Positions 6,532 to 16,100 of a stretch of DNA of 18,344 nt are shown one piece after another. The notes below the pieces were generated by a model that saw nothing but the letters and a program-made list of their open reading frames with translations, searched no databases and was not told the DNA's origin. Origin of the DNA: Hyella patelloides LEGE 07179 (lineage in GTDB: Bacteria; Cyanobacteriota; Cyanobacteriia; Cyanobacteriales; Xenococcaceae). Position 1 is the stretch's first letter. Each line of letters opens with the position of its first letter. A program made the translations under genes and the position numbers. The stretch is taken from contig NZ_LR213899.1 of the NCBI RefSeq assembly GCF_900659865.1, positions 1-18,344 on the forward strand. The letters run 5' to 3'.

Positions 6532-7746
6532 ATGATTCCCCCTTTAAAATTTCTCCCCAATCCTTTTCGCTTTTTGCTGATTACTGAATGGGTAATGCTT
6601 GCCAGTTGCGGTTCTCTGGCTGTGGTGGAAGCTTGGCAGGGTCACATGATCCCTGTCCAACACATATCTATTCTAGTGGCACTAGGTTTGATGGGTTTAA
6701 TTTTGCCTAACGGAAGTCTCATAATTAAAGTGATTTATACCGCTATTGAAATTGGCTTAATTTTTTATGGGACGGTATTGGGATACCTGCATATTTTGCC
6801 TACGCTATATCTAATTGTGGTAATGCGGAGTTGCTTTTTGTTTGAATCCTTGGGTCGATGGATCGTAACTGGTTTAGTCTTTATTTTGTTTTTAGGAGAT
6901 CAGTTTAAATATATTCAGCGCGCTTTACCAGAAGAACCAGAGGCTCAAATTCATTTTGGAATGCACACAATAGCAGAAACATTGGTATTTGGTCTGGCTA
7001 TCTTTTTTGTGTTGCAGTTGACCAATAGAATATTAACCGAACGTCAAATGCGACAAAAACTTGCCAATGCTCACGAACAGCTACAGCAGTATGCTCAAAA
7101 AGTTGAAGAACTGGCAACCGTGCAAGAACGTAATCGTATTGCTCGCGACATTCATGACTCTTTAGGTCACGCTCTCACCAGTTTAAATATTCAGATGCAA
7201 ACTGCCGTCAAACTCTGGGAAAGAGAACCCGCACAGGCTCGCACCTTTTTGGCACAGGCTCAACATTTAGGTAAAACAGCAATGCAGGAAGTGCGTAAAT
7301 CCATTAGTACCTTAAGAGAAGATGCCAAAGACGAAAAACCTCTAGAAACCAAAATCGAGGCTTTGGTGGATGATTTTCGCAAAGGAACTGGATTGTCAAT
7401 TTGTACCAACATTAGTCGCTGTGGTTCAGTTCCAATACCAGTGGCTAAAACTGTTTATCGTATCGTACAAGAAGCTTTGACCAACATTTTTAAATACGCT
7501 CAAGCCACAGAAGTCCAAATTCACCTCAAAACCACTCACAAATGGGTTTATCTAACTGTGGAAGATAATGGTAAAGGGTTCGATTGCAAGCAAAAAAGTG
7601 CTGGGTTTGGGCTTCGGGGAATGCAAGAGCGAGTAGTTGCGGTTAATGGTCAATTTCGACTTAAAACCTCACCAGGAAAAGGCTGTCGAATAGAAGTGCA
7701 AATTCATAGTCTGAATGAATCTAAGAATGTTCTACAAGAAGTTTGA
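6532..7746 (+). CDS. Membrane sensor histidine kinase, NarL/DegS type (HisKA_3 + HATPase_c)
   Basis: 404 aa. The first ~165 aa are hydrophobic with about five TM helices. Coiled linker, then H-box ERNRIARDIHDSLGHALTSL (His208 at 7153..7155), N-box QEALTNIFKYA, G1 EDNGKGF, G2 GFGLRGMQER. Confidence 0.9.
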   Translation: MIPPLKFLPNPFRFLLITEWVMLASCGSLAVVEAWQGHMIPVQHISILVALGLMGLILPNGSLIIKVIYTAIEIGLIFYGTVLGYLHILPTLYLIVVMRSCFLFESLGRWIVTGLVFILFLGDQFKYIQRALPEEPEAQIHFGMHTIAETLVFGLAIFFVLQLTNRILTERQMRQKLANAHEQLQQYAQKVEELATVQERNRIARDIHDSLGHALTSLNIQMQTAVKLWEREPAQARTFLAQAQHLGKTAMQEVRKSISTLREDAKDEKPLETKIEALVDDFRKGTGLSICTNISRCGSVPIPVAKTVYRIVQEALTNIFKYAQATEVQIHLKTTHKWVYLTVEDNGKGFDCKQKSAGFGLRGMQERVVAVNGQFRLKTSPGKGCRIEVQIHSLNESKNVLQEV

Positions 7747-7748
7747 TA

Positions 7749-7789
7749 AATAGCGATCGCACATTAGCCGAATACTCGCGATCGCTATT
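7749..7789. repeat. HIP1-based hairpin between the convergent kinase and regulator genes
   Basis: AATAGCGATCGC (7749..7760) and GCGATCGCTATT (7778..7789) form a perfect 12-bp inverted repeat with a 17-nt loop, starting 3 bp after the kinase stop. A third GCGATCGC follows near 7810. Confidence 0.6.
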
Positions 7790-7832
7790 GAGCTATTTCA
7801 CTCTTATTGCGATCGCTATAAAAATTAATTAC

Positions 7833-7861
7833 CTGAGATTTTAAAGAAATCTCAGTCTTTT
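7833..7861. terminator. Candidate bidirectional intrinsic terminator
   Basis: CTGAGATTT (7833..7841) / AAATCTCAG (7847..7855) with a 5-nt loop, followed by TCTTTT on the plus strand and by an A/T-rich run with TTTTT on the minus strand. The stem is AT-rich, so it is weak. Confidence 0.35.
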
Positions 7862-7868
7862 AAGCTAC

Positions 7869-8510
7869 TTATCTAGCACAATTAGCATAAATAGCTATCT
7901 GCGATCGATTGCGTAGATTTAGTCGATTTAGAATATGAGTAACATGAGTTTTGACAGTTCCTTCAGCGATATAAAGTTGTTTGGCAATTTCACGATTAGT
8001 ACAACCAGTACCAATTAATTGTAGTACTTCTACTTCCCTTGGGGTCAACTCTGTTAGCTCTAGTTCATCTGATTCAGTTTCGGTTATGCTGGAATCTAAA
8101 ATACCATCGAGCATTTTTTCCATTAGTCCAGGTCCCATCTGGGTATATCCCCGATGTACTAACCGAATTGCCTGGGCTAGCTCTTCGACAGGCATATCCT
8201 TAAGCAGATATCCTTTTGCTCCTGCTTTAATGGCATGAGCGATGTAGTCATCTTCATCAAATGTGCTGACAACTAAAACCTTAACATCGGGAAATCTTTG
8301 AGCAATAATTCTCGTTGCTTCTCTTCCGTCCATGATAGGCATCCTGATATCCATCAAGACGACATCTGGTTTGAGAATTGCTACCTGTTCAATAGCAGTT
8401 TGCCCATTGTTAGCAATTCCTACTACTTCTAAATCTGACTCCAGATTTAACATTGCTTGTAATCCCTGAGAAACTAATTCTTGATCGTCTACCAGTAAAA
8501 GGCAAATCAT
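7869..8510 (-). CDS. Response regulator, NarL/FixJ family (REC + LuxR-type HTH)
   Basis: 213 aa. LLVDDQ acidic pocket, phospho-acceptor context VVLMDIRMPIMDG (Asp54), KGYLLKD. C-terminal LTPREVEVLQLIGTGCTNREIAKQLYIAEGTVKTHVTHILNRL is a classic LuxR/GerE HTH. GGAG lies ~9 nt upstream of the ATG. Confidence 0.92.
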   Translation of the reverse strand: MICLLLVDDQELVSQGLQAMLNLESDLEVVGIANNGQTAIEQVAILKPDVVLMDIRMPIMDGREATRIIAQRFPDVKVLVVSTFDEDDYIAHAIKAGAKGYLLKDMPVEELAQAIRLVHRGYTQMGPGLMEKMLDGILDSSITETESDELELTELTPREVEVLQLIGTGCTNREIAKQLYIAEGTVKTHVTHILNRLNLRNRSQIAIYANCAR

Positions 8511-8764
8511 TCAAATTAACTCCAGCTTTTGATATGAATAAAACTTAGACTTTGCTGATTTAAAGCAGAAACTAAAAGTAATACTGTTCGGAGCTTCAGA
8601 GCTTCGGAGCTTTTAGTTGATTATCATTCTTTAAGACTATAAAAGTAATCAACATGGTGACAGGATCGGCAAAGGGTATACTAGCATCTCTTACTATCAA
8701 TTCGCGGTCATACCAAATCCGAATTACATACCCAGTTTATATATGAAACCGTTAACCCACTCCA

Positions 8765-8784
8765 AGACGTATCATGATACGTCT
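8765..8784. repeat. Perfect 20-bp palindrome AGACGTATCATGATACGTCT, partnered with a distal GTAGAGACGT
   Basis: Read directly; the site is self-complementary. Its right edge extends to ACGTCTCTAC (8779..8788), whose reverse complement GTAGAGACGT recurs at 8886..8895. CAAATCCG / CGGATTTG form another inverted pair ~100 bp apart. Confidence 0.6.
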
Positions 8785-9266
8785 CTACACTAAATATTGA
8801 TTGGGGTTTTACTAAACGGATTTGAGATCAGACACAATCCTATTGACACACAATATAATATTTAGCGATAAAATCGTTAAATCCTGTAGAGACGTGTTTA
8901 TAGGATGTTCTGATAATCATATTTGATATTATACCCTGATTCAGCAACGCCAACTTGATTATTGATAGTTTTTAAATTCAGTAAAATATCATTGCAGAAC
9001 TTCTGAAAACTCTTGTTTAAATTTTTTTACCTTAGAACACCAATTTTGGTATTTCTGCCAAATTTCTAAGTACAGAAAATAATTAATTAACAGGAAATAG
9101 TTAATTTTACAAAAGTAATAAAGTACCAACCTTATTTGAGTAATTGCGATCGCAATCTGCTTTTTTTGTTTAATCAGGCTTTGTGCGTTGTGCTTTGCTA
9201 ATTTGATTTGAATTCACACACACTTGATATTAGTAATAACCTCAATATTAAATCCTTAGATTACGT

Positions 9267-12200
9267 TCACGTCACGCAAGAGATCGCGCCTAAAATTTTC
9301 AGAGTTTCTTGTTGTGCAGGGGTTAAACCAGTTACTCCAGTAATATTCATATTTTCATAGAGTCTAGGAACTCTAAGGGTTTTCAGACATTCCCCCGTTG
9401 CTACATCCCAAAGTTTGGTAGATTGATCTTGAGAACCACTGGCAAGAATTCTCCCATCAGGGCTAAAGGTAACGGAACAGACTTTATTGCTATGTCCGAT
9501 TAAAGTTTGCAGACATTTTCCTGTTTGGATATCCCATAATTTAACAGTTTGATCGCTACTACCACTGGCTAAGATTTCCTGAGTGGAGTTGCTGGAAAAT
9601 ATAGAAGTAGCAGCAACGGAAAAAACAAATCCTTGATGTCCTTCAAAAACCCTGAGACATTTTCCTGTAGCAATATCCCACAATCTAACTTGATTGTCTG
9701 CACTACCACTAATAATAGCCTTATCGTTTGGACTGAAGGCAACGGAATAGACTCCTGGAGAATCTTCAGCAATATAAGTCTGCAAACATTTTTTGCTGTT
9801 AAAATCCCATAATTTAATTGCACCATTACTACTTCCACTAACCAGAAATTTCCCGTCTTCACTAACAGTTAAAGACCAGACTTGAGGTTCAGAAATCACA
9901 GTATAAATTCCAGTGTTAAGATTCCAAAATCTGATTGTGCCATCCCCTCCACTACTAACTAGGGTTTGACCATCAGGATGAAAAGCGATCGCCCTAATCC
10001 AGTCTTCATGACCCACTAAAGCTTGGTTACATTCACCAGTATTGATATCCCATATTCTAATCTGGCGATCTGCACCACCACTAGCGAGAATTTTGTCCCT
10101 ATTCGAGGATAAACTATTAGGACTAAAAACAACCGACCAAATATGATCTTGATGTCCTGATAAAGTTTGCTGGCACTCTCCTGTTTGAATATCCCATAGT
10201 CTCACTTTATAGTCACTGGAAATACTAGCTAAAATCAAATTGGTTTGTTTTTGAGTAAAAGCAACGGGAAATGCCCAATCTGTATGACTTTCGATATTAC
10301 GGAGACATTGTCCTGTAGTGACATCCCATAGCTTGACGGTGCGATCTAAACTAGCACAAATTACAGTATTTTCATCAGCCCCAAAATCAACTGTGACGAT
10401 CTGATTTTTGTGTCCGTATAAAGTTTTAAGACACCGATCTGTAGTTATATCCCATATTCTGATGGTGGTATCACCACTCCCGCTAGCAAAGATAAATCTT
10501 TTGCCACTATTGCTCAAAGGACTAAAAGCAATGGAATAGACTCCACTACTATGATCGGTATAGGTTTTATGACATTTACCTGTTTTCAGATTCCACAGCT
10601 TGATAGTATGGTCGTCACTCCCACTAGCCAGAATCACACCTTCTGACTGATTCAACGGAATCGGACTAAAAGCAACCGAACGTATCCAACCATGATGTCC
10701 CGTTAAAGTTTGCAGACATTCCCCTGTCTGGATATTCCATAATTTGACAGTGCGATCGCTACTACCACTAGCCAGAATTGTACCATCGGGACTAAATGCA
10801 ACCGAACGTACCCAACCATTATGTCCCGTTAAAGTTTGTAGACATTCCCCTGTTTGGATATCCCATAATTGAATACTGCGATCGCTACTGCCACTAGCTA
10901 GAATTATACCATTGGGACTAAATGCCACTGTATAAATTTCATTTTTGTGTCCGATAAAAGTTCTTAAACATTCTCCTGTCTGGATATCCCATAATTGAAT
11001 ACTGCGATCGCTACTGCCACTTACTATCATCTGACCATCGGGACTAAAAGCAATGCAACGAACCCAATTATGATGTCCCTCACAAACAGTTAGTAATTTA
11101 CCTGTATACCTATCCCAAAGACTTACTTTGTTTCCATTATCACAAGTTGCAAATTTATCCCCTTGAGGACTCAAAGCAGCCGATAAAATATTACCTAAAG
11201 TTGCGGTAAATATCGACTGAGATAGATCGCAATTAGTAAAATCAGTCTGATGTAAATTTAAACCTTGTAAATTAGCTTGCCAAACTGTTAATCCTGAAAA
11301 GTTATAATCAGTTAAATCGATTTTTAATTGACGTAATAAATTAATCGTATTACCAGCAAAATAACCTTTTATTGATTTCGCTTTCCAGGTTGCTAAATTC
11401 TTTTTTAAACAATTATTAATATCTTCGGCTGTGCCACAGGTAAACAATAATTCCTCTATCAAGGGTTTTAGAATCAGAAAGCTTTGTGAATCTTTAATGT
11501 ATTCTTTATTTTGAGCTTGAATGAGAGCATGACTATTGAATAAATTAATTTCTCCTGTAACTATTTCCTCACAAACTCTCTCAATTAATTCACTGATTAT
11601 ATATTCTATGATTACAGGTTGTTGAGTAAATTTATTATTATTAGTTTCAATTAAAGAACGATTTTTTAAATCAGTTAAAGCTTGAATTAAATCGCCTAGG
11701 GAAAGATTCGCAACAAAGTTTTCTTGTAATTTAGATAATGAAATTGGCTGACGCTCAATTGCCAACCAATACATAATATTTTGTTCGATCTGGTTGAGAC
11801 GTTGAAATTGTCGCTCCAAAAGAAGACGAATATCGTCAAAGATAAATAAGCCTTCTTGTAAAACTGCTAAAAAATCTTCAATATTACCAGAGAAAAAATC
11901 TTTGATATGAGAAGCAACAATCTTTAAAGCCAAAGGATTACCCCCATATCTTTCTAGCAATATTTGCCAAGTTGTTTCTGAACCACTAAATGAACCTTTA
12001 GTCTGGAAAATTTCTTTACCTTCTGCTTGTGACAAACCCTTTAATGGCAAACAACGATTAGGAAAATTTTTTCCTTCTAAAATTTCTAATTCTTTAAGTT
12101 TTTCCCTTGAGCTAATTAGTAAACAGCTTTGATGTTTAGTTTCAGCAATTGCTTGAAAAAGCTGACCGTATGCTTCGTAACCTTCTCGATAATGATTATT

Positions 12201-12890
12201 ATTGGGTGTTTGCTTATTTTCTAAAATAGATTCTGCATTGTCTAAAATTAATAAGCATTTATGATTACGCAAATATTCAAGCAATAAATTAATTTTATCT
12301 ACAGTTTTATCGGGTAGTTTTGTTTCTTTTTTATTACTAACAAATTGAATAATATCTGCTAATATGCTTTTACAAGAAGGTGCATTGCGAAGACTACGCC
12401 AAATAACAAAATTAAATTGATACTGAATGCTTTGGGCTATTTTAATCGCTAAAGCAGTTTTGCCAATTCCACCCATTCCTAACAGTAAAATCGAGCGACA
12501 TCGATCGCTTATAATCCATTTTCTGAGGGTGATTATTTCTTTTTGACGACCAAAAAATACAGAAACATCAATGGCTTCTCCCCAATCTTGATGATTGAGA
12601 TGAAAATCTTGATGAACGCTGCGATCTGAAATTACGCTTTGCCATTCCAAACCTAAAACTTGACAATAAGCTTGAAAAGCGCGATCGTTAATAGGATGTT
12701 TACCCCCCAAAAAACGTTTCCAAGTACCATAGGATATCCCTGAAGCTAACTTGTCCTCTTTTTCTCTAAAAATACCCAAAACTTCACTCGCAGACTCCAG
12801 CCAGCGATAATCATTAATATTCCAACCTTTTTCTTTTCTCGCTTGCTTAATGTTCCTCAGTCCTATGGCAGAAGCTATCAGCTTTTTCAT
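9267..12890 (-). CDS. STAND/NLR-like NTPase: N-terminal HTH-like/adaptor domain, NB-ARC P-loop, short pentapeptide stretch, 14 WD40 repeats, C-terminal cap motif
   Basis: 1207 aa, ATG start. Walker A GMGGIGKT (aa 138-145, nt 12456..12479); Walker [11 protein letters not shown]; [10 protein letters not shown], equivalent to the NB-ARC GLPLA motif. Pentapeptide-like [23 protein letters not shown] (aa ~539-561). I count 14 units of the pattern GH..x..VAFSPDG..LASGS.D.T(V/I)(K/R)LW(D/N) across aa ~563-1172 (nt ~9375..11204). Tail is [26 protein letters not shown]. Confidence 0.9.
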   Translation of the reverse strand: MKKLIASAIGLRNIKQARKEKGWNINDYRWLESASEVLGIFREKEDKLASGISYGTWKRFLGGKHPINDRAFQAYCQVLGLEWQSVISDRSVHQDFHLNHQDWGEAIDVSVFFGRQKEIITLRKWIISDRCRSILLLGMGGIGKTALAIKIAQSIQYQFNFVIWRSLRNAPSCKSILADIIQFVSNKKETKLPDKTVDKINLLLEYLRNHKCLLILDNAESILENKQTPNNNHYREGYEAYGQLFQAIAETKHQSCLLISSREKLKELEILEGKNFPNRCLPLKGLSQAEGKEIFQTKGSFSGSETTWQILLERYGGNPLALKIVASHIKDFFSGNIEDFLAVLQEGLFIFDDIRLLLERQFQRLNQIEQNIMYWLAIERQPISLSKLQENFVANLSLGDLIQALTDLKNRSLIETNNNKFTQQPVIIEYIISELIERVCEEIVTGEINLFNSHALIQAQNKEYIKDSQSFLILKPLIEELLFTCGTAEDINNCLKKNLATWKAKSIKGYFAGNTINLLRQLKIDLTDYNFSGLTVWQANLQGLNLHQTDFTNCDLSQSIFTATLGNILSAALSPQGDKFATCDNGNKVSLWDRYTGKLLTVCEGHHNWVRCIAFSPDGQMIVSGSSDRSIQLWDIQTGECLRTFIGHKNEIYTVAFSPNGIILASGSSDRSIQLWDIQTGECLQTLTGHNGWVRSVAFSPDGTILASGSSDRTVKLWNIQTGECLQTLTGHHGWIRSVAFSPIPLNQSEGVILASGSDDHTIKLWNLKTGKCHKTYTDHSSGVYSIAFSPLSNSGKRFIFASGSGDTTIRIWDITTDRCLKTLYGHKNQIVTVDFGADENTVICASLDRTVKLWDVTTGQCLRNIESHTDWAFPVAFTQKQTNLILASISSDYKVRLWDIQTGECQQTLSGHQDHIWSVVFSPNSLSSNRDKILASGGADRQIRIWDINTGECNQALVGHEDWIRAIAFHPDGQTLVSSGGDGTIRFWNLNTGIYTVISEPQVWSLTVSEDGKFLVSGSSNGAIKLWDFNSKKCLQTYIAEDSPGVYSVAFSPNDKAIISGSADNQVRLWDIATGKCLRVFEGHQGFVFSVAATSIFSSNSTQEILASGSSDQTVKLWDIQTGKCLQTLIGHSNKVCSVTFSPDGRILASGSQDQSTKLWDVATGECLKTLRVPRLYENMNITGVTGLTPAQQETLKILGAISCVT
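10644..11021 (-). repeat. Three tandem 126-bp (42-codon) WD40 units with near-identical DNA blocks
   Basis: GCGATCGC occurs at 10752, 10878 and 11004, exactly 126 bp apart. The 53-nt blocks 10843..10895 and 10969..11021 differ at 2 positions. Units 2 and 3 are also near-identical through their centres (AACCGAACGTA(C/T)CCAACCAT(T/G)ATGTCCCGTTAAAGTTTG(T/C)AGACATTCCCCTGT). Protein: [17 protein letters not shown] twice, then [17 protein letters not shown]. Confidence 0.85.
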
Positions 12891-13177
12891 TCTTTACGAA
12901 GTGTTTAAAACAGAGAACAAGATAACCTTGTTTTGATTTTACACTTCTCGATCCTGAATTTTGTCTCGAAAAAATTCAAAATCGATCTGCGGAATTATTC
13001 GATTATTGATTTTCTTGAGAATTTGAGAAATTTTGCGATCGCGTTTGGCTCTAACATACGATCTTGACAAATATTAAAATTTAAAGTGAATAAAACGATT
13101 TCATCTTAAGCTGTAGTCAATAGGCATAATTAGTCACAACCTATTTATTGTGAGAAAAACTATCTAAAACAGTATCG

Positions 13178-16100
13178 ATGGTTGCCCTAAAAGTCTCTGC
13201 TCGGAGTTTAGCAATAGTAAAACAAGCCAGAAAAGCCAAAGGTTGGACAATTGATGATTATCGCTGGTTAGAAGAAGCCAGTAAAGTTTTGGGTACTTCA
13301 TGGCAAGAAAAAGGTTATTTTGCTAATGGTATTTCCGAAGGGACTTGGAAGCGTTTCTTATCAGGAAAATACGCAGTTAATGTTGATGCTTTTAAAGCCT
13401 TTTGTCAGGTTCTCGGACTCAAATGGCAAGAAATTATCGACCACAAAAATCATCAAGATTGGGGCGAAGAAATAGATGTTTCTGTATTTTTTGGGCGATC
13501 GCAAGAAATCAAGATGTTGCAAAAATATATTCTTGAAGATCGATGTCGTCTCGTTACCGTATTAGGTATGGGGGGAATTGGTAAAACTTCTCTGTCTATT
13601 AAAGTTACTCAATTAGTTGAAAATAAATTTGAATTTGTTATTTGTCGTAGTCTTCGCAACACCCCATCTGTAGAACAGGTAATAGCCGATTTCATTCAAT
13701 TTGTAAGCAAGCAAAAGCAAAAAGATTTACCCAATTCTTTAGAGCAAAAAGTGTCTCTTTTACTGCAATACTTAAGCTCGTCCCGTTGTCTTTTGATACT
13801 AGATAATGTGGAATCAATTTTACAGAGTGGCAACAATAAATCTCCTAATTTATCAAGAGAATCATATCGGGTAGGCTATGAAAATTATGGCTACTTAATA
13901 AGAGCGATCGCAGAAGCCAAACATCAAAGCTGCCTAATCTTAACCTCTCGCGAATCACTCCCCGAATTATCTACTTTAGAAGGAGACAATTTACCAGTTC
14001 GCTGTCTCCAACTAACAGGACTATCTCATCTAGAAGGACAAAAACTTTTATCGGCAAAAGGTTCTTTCTCTGGTACAAAAACAGAATGGCAGTCCTTAGT
14101 CGCTCGCTATAGTGGCAATCCTTTAGCTTTGAAGATAGTTTCCTCTAGCATTCTAGATTTTTTTAATGGTAGCGTTACGGATTTTATTAAAGTTTTACAA
14201 CAAGATCCCTTGATTTTCGATGATATTAGCGATCTCTTACAGCAGCAATTTACACGTTTAACTCTATTACAACAACAAATTATGTACTGGTTGGCAATTA
14301 ATCGCGAGCCAATTTCGATTCAAAATTTACAACAAGACTTGATAATTCCAGTTTCTTCTAGAGTATTATTTCAAGCTTTAATTTCTTTGCAAAAACGCTC
14401 TCTGATTGAAAATATTGATAACTTATTTAGTCTACAAACAGTAGTATTAGAATATATTATTTATCAATTAATTGTCAAAATTACCGAAGAAATAGTCAAT
14501 CAAAATATTGATATTTTAAATAAAATTTCTTTAGTAAAATCTCAAGCTAAAGATTATCTTAGAGAATCTCAAGAAACCCAACTAATTAGACCTATTGTCA
14601 ATAATTTAAGCAACTTTTTAGGAAGACGTGAAAATATCAAAAAGCAGATAGATGAAATTTTACAATCGCTACATTCTCAATCTCACTCTCAACAAAGAGG
14701 CTATTTAAGTGGTAATATTATCAATATTTTGCGTCATCTAAATATAGATTTACAAGGCTATGACTTTTCAGGATTAACAGTTTGGCAAGCTAACTTACAG
14801 GGACTAAAATTACATAACGTTAATTTTGCTAATGCAGACTTATCGAAATCAGTTTTTACTGAAACTTTAGGTAATATTTTATCCGCTATCTTTAGCCCTG
14901 ATGGTAAAACTTTAGCTACTTGTGATACTGATTGTCAGATTCGCCTCTGGGAAGTAGCAACAGGTAAACTTTTAATTATTTGCAAAGGGCATACTAATTG
15001 GATACGTTCTATTGCTTTTAGCCCTGATGGTAATGTTCTAGCCAGTGGTGGAGCAGATCGCACGGTCAAATTTTGGCAAGTTAAGGATGGTATTTGTCTC
15101 AAAACTTGTCGAGGACATGAAAATGAAATCTTTTCAGTTGCTTTTAGCCCTGACAATAAAACCTTAATTAGTGCTAGTGGAGATCATATTCTGCGTCTTT
15201 GGAATATTACCACTGGTAAATGTATTCAGACCCTTGAAGGACATGAAAGTTATGTGCGCTCGGTGGCATTTAGTCCCCTCGGCGATCTTGTTGCTAGTGG
15301 TAGTGACGATGGCACTATGAAAATTTGGGATATTACCACTGGTGAATGTATTCAAACCCTCAAAGACCATAAAAATGGGGTTCGTTCAGTAGCGTTTAGC
15401 CCTGATGGTCATGTTTTGGCTAGTGGAAGTAGCGATCGCACTGTCAAATTATGGGATGTTTCTACGGGAAAATGTCTTGCTACTTACAAACAGCATACTT
15501 CTGGAGTTTCTGCGGTTGCTTTTAGTTCCGATGGCATGACTTTAGCTAGCGGGAGTTGCGATCGCACTGTCAGGCTATGGAATTATCATACAGGCACTTG
15601 TATCCGAACTATTTACGGACACACTAATCAAATCTTTTCTCTTGCTTTTAGTCCAGAAGGAAGAAAAATAGTTTGTGTCAGTTTAGATCAAACTGTCAGA
15701 ATTTGGGACTGTCATAATGGGAAATGTTTAAAAACTTGGCAAGGTAGTACAGATTGGGTATTCCCCGTAGCCTTTAATTCTCAGGGTAATTTAATTGCTA
15801 GTGGTAGCAATGACAGTACTGTCAGAATTTGGGACTGGGAAAACAATGTTTGTCTTCAGAGTTTATCTGGTCATAGCGATCTAGTTTGTGCTGTCGCCTT
15901 CGCGCCCATTAACTCTAAGGGAATAGTTGCTAGTGCTAGTCGCGATCGCACGATTCGACTCTGGGATGTGACTACAAGTAAATGCTTGCAGATTTTGCAA
16001 GGACACGAAGACTGGGTATATGCAGTGGCATTTAGTCCTGATGGTACTATCTTAGCTAGTGGTGGCGCAGATCAAACCGCTAAACTTTGGGACATTAAAA

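Noticed and set aside
7981-8238. 85-aa plus-strand ORF
   Set aside because: Antisense shadow within the response-regulator gene; Ser-rich, with no motifs.
9569-9862. 97-aa minus-strand ORF in an alternative frame
   Set aside because: It lies out of frame inside the WD40 region of the 1207-aa gene, whose own frame shows an unbroken WD repeat pattern.
9375-11204. Periodic repeats that might suggest a CRISPR array
   Set aside because: The period is 126 bp (42 codons) inside one long open frame encoding canonical WD40 units. There is no short-repeat/unique-spacer organisation and no cas genes.
13064-13092. Perfect -35 hexamer TTGACA upstream of the plus-strand NLR-like gene
   Set aside because: At 16-18 bp spacing the candidate -10 hexamers (GTGAAT/TGAATA/GAATAA) do not fit TAnnnT, so I do not call a promoter from sequence alone.
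14935-15370. Minus-strand ORFs 14935..15156 and 15164..15370
   Set aside because: Antisense shadows of the WD40 repeats in the plus-strand NLR-like gene. Their internal repetition simply mirrors the repeats.
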